Assembly (NCBI GenBank): GCA_001179505.1
Contig: CDMY01000220.1
Span: 1 to 64,000 of the forward strand
Direction of reading: 5' to 3'
Source: Vitrella brassicaformis CCMP3155
Taxonomy: Eukaryota > Protista > Chromerida
Length of the DNA stretch: 64,000 bases
This document shows, piece by piece, positions 49,103 through 60,585 of the stretch (positions are counted from its first letter, which is position 1; every line of letters begins with the position of its first letter). The translations under genes were made by a program, and so were the position numbers. The notes beneath the pieces are model-generated. The model was not told where the DNA came from. It ran no database searches and worked only from the letters and a program-made list of their open reading frames with translations.

Positions 49103-52100
49103 TGGGCGTGTGTGTGTGTGTGTGTGTGTGTGCAGCAAGCAGAGGATGCCCATGCAGCTGTGCAGCTCGGGCAGGGGCAGCTGGTTCCGATGCCGCACCA
49201 GCCCGATGGTAGTAGCGGTGGCGCTGTGGGTGTTGGCGGCGTGCAGTTGGGTCAGGGTGAGTTGGTGCCGGCCTGGGGAGCGCCCGAGGCCTACGGCCTG
49301 GTGGTGGCTGGGGAGGAGCTCAACGCCGAGACGCTCGACAACATCGCACTGCAGATGCTCGAGGCACAGAAGGAAGGTAAGCAAACAGTGGGATGGACTG
49401 GACGGATGGGCTGCATGTTGGCTGATGCATCGGTGTGTGTGTGTGGTTCTTTTGCTCTGTCGCTGGCGGCTGGCAGTTGAGGGTTTCCAGACGATCGACG
49501 GCAAGAAGAGCCGAGGTACGCAGCCAGCACAGTCCATCCATCCATCCCCCCACCAAAACAGAACTACACACCGAGTTCACTTCCTGTGTGGGCGTGTTTG
49601 TGTAGGTTTCATGATATCCTGGTCGTCGCGCCACGGCAAGTCCAAGCGCCCCCACTTCATCGTAGAAACACAGGCCGTCAAACCACGTACGCCCCACACC
49701 ACACCACACCACACTACACACATCTCTCCCACCCCTCACCCACTCATTCCCCCTTCTCCCTGTCTCTGTGTCTGTGTGTGTGTGTGTGTGTGCAGGTCAG
49801 CGTCACGTGTTCCCCCCGCCGAGCTACACGATTGAGGGGCTGCAGAAGGCACTCCAGGACGCTATCAACTGCAGAAATGAGGTAGGTACCTTTGCGATCT
49901 GTGGGGTGGGTGGACAGACAGACAGACAGAAGGGACATCATACCAACCAACCATCTGGACGGACTGGACGGACTGGACTGGACTGTGCGTGTAGTTGGGC
50001 ATTGGCAAGCGGAAGGGCGCGGCTCAGACCCTCAGCTACCACTCCATCGTCCACCAGGAGCACATGACACCCGAAAACACACAAATAGGTGGGAAGGGGT
50101 GGGAGAGGAGCGAAAGGACAAACAAAGGAAGCACCAACATGCACTCACAAAGAAAGATGATGGACGGACTCACCGAGGCAGGGAGGGATGGATGGATGGA
50201 TGTGTGTGCGTCGATTAGGTTCCCATGAGCCCAAGCTGACCCCGCCCGAGTTGACGACCAAGGCCGAGGAACTCATCAACCAACAGAGACACAGTAAGTA
50301 ACCGCACACACACACACTCTTCCAGCAGCACACGTGCGTGTCTTTCTCTGTGTGTGTGTGTGTGTGTGTCCCCACACCGCAGAGGAGGGTCTGTTGAGTC
50401 AGGACGGCAAGCGCCTCCCCGGTTTCCGCATCCACTTCACCGAGAGCCAGTTCATGATAGAGGACCGCACCAAAACACTCGGACCCTACAAACGCATTAG
50501 AAACAAGTCAGTCTGCCCCGCCACCACACACCACACACACCCTCCCCTCTCCCCCCCCCTCCCTACCCTCCCCGGCACACAACCACGCCCCTCTCTCTCT
50601 CTCTGTCTGTCTCTCTGTGTGTGTGTGTCGATAAACCAGGTTCCCCCTGCCCAGCCCGACGGTGAGCGGCCTGATGATAGCACTGCAGGCGGCCCTCACC
50701 TACCGTGACAAGACCTTCCCCCGCCCCGCCGCCGAGTATCTCACAAACGGGGGCGAGGTGGTCATGATGCCCGTCCATGTGGCCGCTGCGGCCGCGGCCG
50801 CTGCTGGCATGGGCATGGGCCTGGGGGAGGGCGCTTTGGCTGCCGGGGCCGCAGATGCCGCCATGGTGGCCGCTGTCAACAAGGCCAAGCGAAAGGTAGG
50901 TGCCGTTGTGAGCCATACGGACACAGAGAGGGAGAGGGAGAGAGAGATGGATGGATGGATGGATGTGTTGCTCGTGGGTGCAGCAGGGTCATGTGCGTGC
51001 GATTCGGAAGCCTGGTGCGTTGAGCCGCGAGCAGATGCGCGAGTTGGCGGAGGGCTGGGTGCTGGCCGAGTTCAACGTCAAGAAGAACAAACGCATGCCG
51101 CACACGGTGAGTAGAGTGACGTGACTGACACAGCGGGCAAAGCAAACAAACACCACACCCCAGCCAACCACTGACTGCATCCATGTCACGTGCTGTGCCG
51201 TGCCGTGGTGTGTGTGTTCTGTCTTGAAGGGCATGCACTTCTGCCCGAAGGATCTGACGTGGTTCGTCTACGGCCATATCCCCGACGAGGTCGGTGTGCC
51301 AACGACCCCTCCCCCCCCACACACACACACGTATGCAGAGGCATGGATGCAGCCGTGTACCATTGTGTGTGTTGTGTGGTGTGTGTTGTGCAGAAGGGTT
51401 TCCCGGTGAAGACGAGCAAGCAGTACAAGCTGGACTCCGGCTATGACGAGGTATGGTGAGGGAGACCGACACATCCAATAGATCTAATCCAGCCATGCCA
51501 TCTATCTGTCCGTGTGGGGGGTGACCTATGGGTGGGGTGGGGTGTGTGTGTCTGTTTGCCTTGCTGGTCGGTCAGGCCGACTTGCGTGCCAAGTACGAGA
51601 TGGCCCTGGACTTCCACCGAAACGTCTGCATGCCCAGACAGGGTAACTAATTTAACCACAGCACAGCCCTTCACTCACTTCACACACACAAACCAACCAA
51701 CGCGCGTGCTGTCCAAACAAGTTTGATGGTATGATATGTGTGGTGTGGTGTGTTGCCTCCGTGTGTTGTGTGTGCGCAGGTCGTGGCGGCCCCTGGCCCC
51801 CCTACCTCTTCATCAACGGCGAGTGGGTCCCGCAGAACAACCAAATCCTCGAATCAAAGCCTAAACGATCCAGAAAGTATCCTTAACACACACACACACA
51901 CACCCTCCCTCGCCCCTGCCCCCCNNNNNNNNNNNNNNNNNNNNNNNNNNNNNNNNNNNNNNNNNNNNNNNNNNNNNNNNNNNNNNNNNNNNNNNNNNNN
52001 NNNNNNNNNNNNNNNNNNNNNNNNNNNNNNNNNNNNNNNNNNNNNNNNNNNNNNNNNNNNNNNNNNNNNNNNNNNNNNNNNNNNNNNNNNNNNNNNNNNN

Positions 52101-54940
52101 NNNNNNNNNNNNNNNNNNNNNNNNNNNNNNNNNNNNNNNNNNNNNNNNNNNNNNNNNNNNNNNNNNNNNNNNNNNNNNNNNNNNNNNNNNNNNNNNNNNN
52201 NNNNNNNNNNNNNNNNNNNNNNNNCCCCCCCCCACCCCCACACACACACCGACCACCTTTCACCCACCCTCTCTCCCTCCCCTGTGTGCGTGTGTGTCCA
52301 CTAATTAACACATCAGGACTTCCCGTGGCCGTAGTGAGAGCGCCGCAGCAGCCGATGACTCACTCCCGGTGCTGCCCAGTGGTGTGGGCTATGAGCAGCC
52401 GCCGCACCAGCAGACACAGGCGCAGCGCAAGAAGGGACGATCCAAGGGCAAACGTGGTCAGCCCCCCCCCCACACACACACAGGCACAGAGAGAGAGAGG
52501 GGGGGGGGGATCTCTCGTCAATGAGATGTGTTGTTCAGGTGGCGGGAGTGAGGGCGGGAGCTCGTGGGAGGACCTAGATAGCGTTGAGGGCGACAGGAAC
52601 GGTGAGGCGGCCGCTGCGGCTGCTGCGGCCGCTGCTGCCGGCGCGGGGGCAGCGGCTGGTACTGCTGCAGGTGGCGCTGCTCCCGGTAAGGAAGTGGCTT
52701 TGTTGCAAGTGGGGCAGACAATCACCCTGATCTGATGCATCTGTATGGTGTGTGGGTGGCGTGATGGGTGTGGGTGTAGGTGCGCCCAACACGCCGGAGG
52801 GCGTTCAGATGTTGTCTCAGATGGCGGCCAACCTGCTGCACAACACGCCCGGCATCCCACCCTGGATCAACGTCTGGTGGGACGAACAGAACACCCAGTT
52901 CATCGCTACCGTTGAGGTCAGCACACCACACCACACCACACCACACACCCATTCTCCGTCTATGTGTGTGTCCTTACCTTACAGGGCAGTCAGCACTACG
53001 CCGTTGGTGCGCCCAAGAGCTACGACGGCGACGGCTTGTTCGAGGCCCTGACGCAGTGCTGGAACAACCTCAGCATGCTGCACCAGCAGCAGGCCGCCGC
53101 CATGGCCGCACACGCCGACCCCAACGCGGCTGTCGCGGCCGCTGCGGCCGCTGCTGCTGCGGCTGCCGCTGGCCAGCTTGAAGGTCCGTGCAGTGCCGTG
53201 CACACAAGCATCAATGTCACACCAGTCGGACAGAGAGAAAGGTCGATGCATCTGTGTGTGTGTCTGTGTGTGTGTCTGTGGGTTTAGTTGCGTCGGCTGC
53301 TGCGGTGATGGGTGGGCCGATGGGCGGTTTGTCGGCCCCTGCTGCTGCTGCTGCCTCTGCCAGTGCTGCTGCTGGTGGTGGTGATGGCGGTAGTGCGGCT
53401 GTGGAAGACATGGAGATAGAGCGCACTGGGGCCACCATGCCGACCGAGGGCGTCCTCAATGACGGTACGTTCGTACGAGAGACAAGATGGGGGCGGTGGT
53501 TGGGATGGCTGGCGCCTGTGTGGAGGGGAGTGGAGTGGACTGGAGGGGTGTGTTTTGTTGTGTTGTGTTGTGTGCAGATGACACGACTAACATGCTGAAT
53601 GCGTTGCTGGCGGAGAAGATGCAGCAGGAGGGCTTCGTGGATGCTGACGGCAACATGACAGCCCCAGGCATACACACACACACACACACACTCTCACACG
53701 TGTCCACTAGACCAGACCTGACCTTCTGTGTGTGGGTGTGCAGTTGGGCAGCACAACTTCGGCATTACGATGAGCAGCAAGTACGATGGCCCCGCTGAGC
53801 TGTCCGTGCGACTCCCCAACGGTAGATACAAGAAGGTATCACCACCACCACCACCACCGCCACCACCCACACATACGCCGAGAGACACAGAGGGAGACGG
53901 AGAGAGAGGGAGAGAGAGAGAGAGAGAGATCATCCACACGCACCCACCCATTGTCCCTGCGTGTGTGCAGGTGAGCGTTCCTCTGCCGTTCCGCACTCCC
54001 GACGGTCTGCGCGAGATCGTCAGGCGAGCCGTCCACCTACGAAACACCGGACGATTTGAAGGTTCGCTCCGCGCAACCATACACACATACACACACACCC
54101 TTACACCCACATCGACTCGATGGATGTGTTGATCGATCTGCCGTCTGCTCTTCTGGCTGCCAGGGGAGACCAAGCGTCCTGTCAAGGTGACCAGGGCGAC
54201 TGCGGCGCTGAGCGGCGGGGTGGTGGACACCAACGAGGCCCTGCTCAACTCACACGCACAGCAGGTCAGACGCAAAGACACACACAGAGAGAGAGAGAGA
54301 GCCATGTGTGTGGTGTCGTCTTCTGTGTGTGTGTGTGTGTCCAGCTGATTGACAACCAGCGCCATAAGGAGGGCTTCATGAAGGAGGATGGCAACAGGCG
54401 CAGAGGTACAGCNNNNNNNNNNNNNNNNNNNNNNNNNNNNNNNNNNNNNNNNNNNNNNNNNNNNNNNNNNNNNNNNNNNNNNNNNNNNNNNNNNNNNNNN
54501 NNNNNNNNNNNNNNNNNNNNNNNNNNNNNNNNNNNNNNNNNNNNNNNNNNNNNNNNNNNNNNNNNNNNNNNNNNNNNNNNNNNNNNNNNNNNNNNNNNNN
54601 NNNNNNNNNNNNNNNNNNNNNNNNNNNNNNNNNNNNNNNNNNNNNNNNNNNNNNNNNNNNNNNNNNNNNNNNNNNNNNNNNNNNNNNNNNNNNNNNNNNN
54701 NNNNNNNNNNNNCCCAAAACACACACACACATCGATCCATCCATCAATCCATCGGTGTGGTTGGTTGGTTGGCTGCCCTCAACGAGCTGCAGGCTTCGGT
54801 TTATCGTACAACATCCGCTCAGGGGAGTTCCGTCTCAAAGTTGGCGTCAACAAGGTCCAGACTTTCAGACCCAAGGCGCGCTCGGTCGACGCCGTCACTC
54901 AGGCCTTCTTTGACGCACTCTCGTATGCCCCACACCTGAT

Positions 54941-54971
<31 letters not shown>

Positions 54972-55573
54972 AAAGACGGGCACCAGTGTGTGTGTGTGTG
55001 TGTGTGCGTGTGTGTGTGGATCCTATCCCCCAGGCACCGTTCTGGAGGTTTGAGTGAGAATGACATCAGCGGGGAGGAGGTCAACGTCGGATTGGAGCTT
55101 GCGGCATTCGCTCGAGAGGTCAGCGCCCGCACACACACACACACCGGGCGGACTGGACACACACATGCTGTCGCGTGCGTGTTGACTGCAGGAGTTGGAC
55201 AAGCACCGTGCGCAGGACCCGGTGCCGCAGGAGGTGGCCTACATCGAGTGGGACGACCGATACAACTACGTGGTGAATAACTCCACCGCCACACACCCAC
55301 ACACACACACACACCGCCACACACATCCACGATAGCATCTTGTGTGTGTGTGTGTGTGTGTGTGCGTGTGTCCCATTCATTCATTCATTTATTCATTCAT
55401 TCATTCATCAGGTGGTGATGCGTGACGGCAATCGTCGTATGTTCACTGCCCCGACGCGCAGCGAGGAGGGCATCAAGCGGGCCCTGCAGGGCGCCATCAG
55501 CCTGCAGCAGCATGCCTACCAGATGTGGCTCAACGACCCTAACGCCGCACAGGACCTGGGCCCAGAAGAATGA
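48295..55573 (+). CDS. Large protein with about 7 divergent AP2-like domains and Ala/Gln-rich linkers
   Basis: Spliced units each show three short beta-like segments, then F-P/T-x-P and an amphipathic helix. Examples: GFMISW...HFIVE...QRHVFPPPSYTIEGLQKALQDAINCRN; LPGFRIHF...QFMIE...KFPLPSPTVSGLMIALQAALTYRD; VAYIEWDDRYNYVVVMRDGNRRMFTAPTRSEEGIKRALQGAISLQ. Stop TGA at 55571-55573. Two N gaps (51925-52224, 54413-54712) interrupt the locus. The AP2 assignment is from pattern only. Confidence 0.7.
51925..52224. other. Assembly gap (300 N)
   Basis: N run. Confidence 1.
54413..54712. other. Assembly gap (300 N)
   Basis: N run. Confidence 1.
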
Positions 55574-57538
55574 ATGAACCACACACCGACAGACACACAC
55601 ACACACACATGCATCCCCCCCCCTACATCACATGACATCACATCTTACAGAGAGGGAGAGGGAGGCGAGGAGGGGGTTAGCGGCCAATTAGTCGTGCACA
55701 CGGACGGTTGGTCGGAGTGATTGAATGAGTGGCTGAAATGGATGGAGGGATGGAGGGATGGCTGTTGTGGGGTGGGGTGGGGTGGGGTGAGTGAGTGTGG
55801 GTGGGTGAAGGGGAGACAGATAGTATGTAAAAGGGTACTTATAGCTATACAGGGAGAGGGAGCCAGGGAGGGGGGGAGACAGGAATCCAGAATGGATGGA
55901 CGGCTGGCTGTGTGTATTGGCGTGTGTGTTGTGTGGATGGATGGATGGAGTGTCGCGAATGTCGGCTGACTGGCTGGCTGGCTGGCGGACTGTCCCGGGG
56001 TGGGGCACTCACTTTTTCTTTTTAACACACACACATACACATACACCTGTCTGTATACGGACGGCTGGCTGGCTGGCTGGGGGCTGGGGTAGTCGTGGAA
56101 TGGAATGTATGGGTACTTATCTCTACAGACTGACTAGGTCAGACGCCACACCACCACACACACCACACCATCCCTACCCCTCCGCCCGCTATCTGTCTAG
56201 CTAGAAGAATGGTACGAACGCATGAACGTTTGTATGCCGCTGGCTGGCCGTGTGGATGGATGGATGGACGGCGGTCTGTCTCTTTTTCGGAGCAGTTAGT
56301 TTCGTTTTGGCCCACACAATTGCAGTGGCCATGAGGCGCCCGGGCCACCCCCTCCCCTCCCTCTCCCTCTCTCTGTGAGCACCTCTCTCTCACCACAGGA
56401 CCCTCACAGGGAGCGGGCCAGAGGCGGGGGTGAGTGGCCGGGGTGCGTCATGACCAACACACACACTGTGGGCACAAAGATAGATTGGACAAAGTGCGGT
56501 GACTGACGGAAGGATGATGACTTTTCAAAAATAATTCTCCTCCGACGGACAGACGATTCAGCGCGGAATGCATCTAGATAATCCACCCGTTGAAAGCAAG
56601 CTACCTCGGGAAGGAAACGAGTCTCATCATTCAACGCAACATCCATCCAACAAGCGTGTGTAGTCTTTTCTGCTGTGTGGGCACCGTCGTGAGGTGTGGG
56701 AGGCGTGGAGGACCCCACCCCGTCACGGTTCGACGTAACGGCGACGGGTGCAATCCACCCCGCACCCACCGCACAGCCGGTGCAGCCACAGACCAAGACG
56801 ACAACCAATCGACCATACGACACCGGAAGTCGAGAAACCAACCAAACCACCCCTTGCGTGTCTGATCTTCCCTTCCGTGGTGTGTGTGTGTGTATGGTTC
56901 CCTGCCCGTTTCCCCCGGCAGCGCGGACCTTAATCGTACCATTCTGGGCTCAGAATGATGCAATGAGGTTCCGGGCAGCCGATGCAGGCAGGCAAGGGAG
57001 CCTTCACACGCACGCACTCACGCAAACGCCAACAAGAGCCAGCACTTCCTGCCTGCGATAACAGAGAAGTTCAGGGGGCGGGGGGCGGATCGTCGGCAGG
57101 CATCCAGACACATGGATCGACACAGACAGACGGATCTGTAAGACCTCTAGCTATCTACCTGTACAGTGAGTGGTGTGACTGGCTGGCCGGCCTTCCTGGC
57201 TGCCATGCCAGGGCGATCAACCACAGCTAGCAAGCAGCTATCCATAGGCAGGCAGGCAGGCAGGCAGGCAGAGAGAGAGAGAGAGATGAGCAAGGGGACC
57301 GACCGATCAAAAACAGGAGGAAGAGGAGGAAGAGTAGATAGATAGAGTCAGGTAGATCCCCCGCCAGCCAGCCAGCCAGCCAGCCAGCCATGACACAAAA
57401 ATATGTCAACACGCAGGAAGGCAGGAAGGCATCCAATGCATTCATGATATGATCATCCATCCATCTGGCTGAATGAATTGGAGCATGCACATGCGCATTC
57501 GGCGATGCATTATCGATAGGTGTGTTGTGTGTGTTCCC

Positions 57539-57838
57539 NNNNNNNNNNNNNNNNNNNNNNNNNNNNNNNNNNNNNNNNNNNNNNNNNNNNNNNNNNNNNN
57601 NNNNNNNNNNNNNNNNNNNNNNNNNNNNNNNNNNNNNNNNNNNNNNNNNNNNNNNNNNNNNNNNNNNNNNNNNNNNNNNNNNNNNNNNNNNNNNNNNNNN
57701 NNNNNNNNNNNNNNNNNNNNNNNNNNNNNNNNNNNNNNNNNNNNNNNNNNNNNNNNNNNNNNNNNNNNNNNNNNNNNNNNNNNNNNNNNNNNNNNNNNNN
57801 NNNNNNNNNNNNNNNNNNNNNNNNNNNNNNNNNNNNNN
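57539..57838. other. Assembly gap (300 N)
   Basis: N run. Confidence 1.
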
Positions 57839-57927
57839 TGTCATGACCATCAGCATTAGGTATACATATAACATAGATCACTCACATCCACACAAAGGCG
57901 GGGGTGGGTGGGTGGGCAGGTAGGCAC

Positions 57928-58058
57928 CTAGTCGCACTCTGCGAAGGTCTGCACGATGATGTCGCACGCCTCGGCCAGCTGCTCGTCCGATATCACCTGC
58001 ACACACAGCCAGGACAGGACACACACACACCAGTGTGTGGGCATGGCAATGTCTCTCC

Positions 58059-58093
<35 letters not shown>

Positions 58094-60360
58094 TGTACCA
58101 GTGGAGGTGCGAATCTGATGATGGTTTCGTGTGTGGGCTTGGCCAGCACACCGTTGTCAGCCAACTTCAGACACACGGCCCATGCAGACGTCTACACACA
58201 CAGACACACACCGGACACACACACAGATGCGGGTGTGTGGACAGTAGGTGTATGTGTTGGTGTGTCGTATGGTGTGTGTGGTGGATCAATCCATCCATAC
58301 CGAGTGTCTGGGGTCGATTTCGATGGCGTTGAGGAGTCCCTTGCCGCGGACCTCCTTGATCCACGTGTGCTTCATGCTACGCATCCTCGAGCGGAACACC
58401 TCACCCAACACCTCTGCAAAACAAGACGGCACACAGCGACACAATCAATACATGTGATAACTACTGTCATCTCGTCCCTATCAGCGAAGCGATCGGCTGA
58501 CCAGCTCTCGCTGCGAGGTTCTCGTCTTTGAGGACCTGCAGTGCCGCCATGGCCACTCGACATGCCAGTGGATTGCCGCCATAGGTCGAACCGTGCATCC
58601 CTGCGCGCAGGCAACACACGGCAGCCCAGCCACCAGATAAAAAACGGCACAACACTGGCTCACGCTATTCTGGGCACCCATCCTTGTGTTATGTGTGTAC
58701 CTGGTTTCATGTTGAGCATGATATCATTGTCGCAGAGCACAGCCGACACCGGCATCAGCCCCTGCACAAGGCAAGAAAACCATCCATCAACCAGACAACA
58801 CTAACACATTGACCCTCCCTCCGCGTGTCTGTCTGTCTGCTGTGTGTGCGTGTGTGGTGGATGTGGCTACTAGCCAATTAAGTCACCCACCCCGCTGAGC
58901 GCCTTGCCGAGGACGAGTATGTCGGGCCGTGCGCCAGTGTGGTCGCAGCAGAGCATGCGGCCGGTGCGGCACAGACCCGTCTGGATCTCGTCGGCTATGA
59001 ACAACACATTCGCCTCCTTGCACAAACGCGACACCTGACACACAGACAGACGCACAGAAGCACAGAAGCAAACCACATGTATTGTGTGGTCGGATGGATG
59101 GATGGATGGATGGATGGATAGCTCATGGAGGTCTCACTGCTCTGCTCACCTCGCTGAGGTAGTTGTCGGCGGGCACCTTGACGCCAGCCTCGCCCTGGAT
59201 GGGCTCTGCACACACGACGACCACACGCACATATATGCAGACGCCGATCGACGTGTGTCCATCCCATCAGCTGGCCCTTCCTTCCATCCATCCATCCATC
59301 TCCCTCTGTACGCGTACCAACATAGAATCCAGCCACGTGAGGGTCCGCCAGCGCCTCCCTGACACACACACGCACACACACAGAAAGGCAACCGCCATCT
59401 CCACACATCAATCACATGCTGCTCGGAAATGTGTGTGGCAATCCATGTAGGTTAGGTGTGTACTTGAGTGCGTCGAGGTCGTTGTAGGGCACGAGGACGA
59501 ACCCCGGTGCGTATGGGCCGAAGTGCTTGTAGCAGTCCGGATCCGTCGAGGAGCTCAGCGCCGCCAAGGTGCGGCCCCAGAAATTGCCCCTGTGTGGAGT
59601 GCACACACAGGACAGGACGACAGATGAGCAGAGCACAGTCGCCTTTCTCAGTCAGGGGTGGTTCGGTTCCTTCCATGCATTTGTTCTCACTGACTCGGCG
59701 AATATGATTTTGGCCTGGTTCTGCGGAATACCCTTCTTGACATAGCCCCACAGCCTGCACAGCTTGACGGCCGTCTCGCCCGCCTCTACACCCGTGTTCA
59801 TCGGCAACACCTGCACAGACAGCACACAGGCACACGTGATAGATAGAGCGCTAGTCGTGCGGTGTTTTGTTGTCGGCTGGCCGGGCGCCCGACTGACTGA
59901 CTGACTGACTGACTGACCTTGTCGTATCCGAAGAATTCAGTGATGTACTTGGTGTACGGGGCCATGACGTCGTTGTGGAATGCCCGACTGGTCAGCGTGA
60001 GGGTCTGGCACTGATCCACCATTGCCGACACTATCCTTGGGTGACAGTGACCTGTTTGTTGACAAACAGACACACCCACTGAACTGATGCGTGTGTCACG
60101 ACGTGTCTGTCTGTGTGGTTGTGTTGTCTGACTGGCTGACCCTGGTTGACTGCCGAGTAGGCGGCGAGGAAGTCGAAGTACCTCTTGCCCTCCACGTCCC
60201 ACAGGAAGGGTCCCTGGCCCCTCGACAGCACCACCGGCAGCGGATGGTAGTTGTGCGCACCTCGCTCATGCTCCAGCGCGATGAAATCCGCCGACGACTT
60301 CAGACCGGGAGGGTGCTGCATGCCGTGTTCACCGCCGGCTTCTGACAGGTTGCGCGGCAT
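57928..60360 (-). CDS. OAT: Ornithine aminotransferase (class III PLP-dependent aminotransferase)
   Basis: [45 protein letters not shown]; [17 protein letters not shown]; GNFWGRT; EPIQGEAG; [15 protein letters not shown]; [12 protein letters not shown] (PLP lysine); [10 protein letters not shown]; IIRFAPPL. First in-frame ATG at 60360; TAG at 57928-57930. Confidence 0.97.
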
Positions 60361-60585
60361 GGTGGACGAGGGTGGGACGAGGCAGCGGGAGATCTGGGAG
60401 GAGGCTACGGGAAGGGCGGCAGAAACGACGCGTCGCAGAATGCTGAAGTTGATGTCCAAAGATGGCGAGATATGCTACTTGAGGCGAATGCTACTCGCCA
60501 AAGGTTCCCGCGGAGAGAAAGACGAAGGCGTGTCTCTCGCGCTTGTGTTCCCGAAACCGATCTTTAAAGGCTCGCAATTTTGAAA
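60361..60585. promoter_or_regulatory. Probable bidirectional promoter and 5' leader, OAT / adhesin
   Basis: 225 bp between divergent ATGs; AGGCTCGC at 60568-60575. Confidence 0.55.

Noticed and set aside
35326-57923. Long ORFs in the supplied track containing X runs
   Set aside because: These are artefacts of translating through 300-N gaps.
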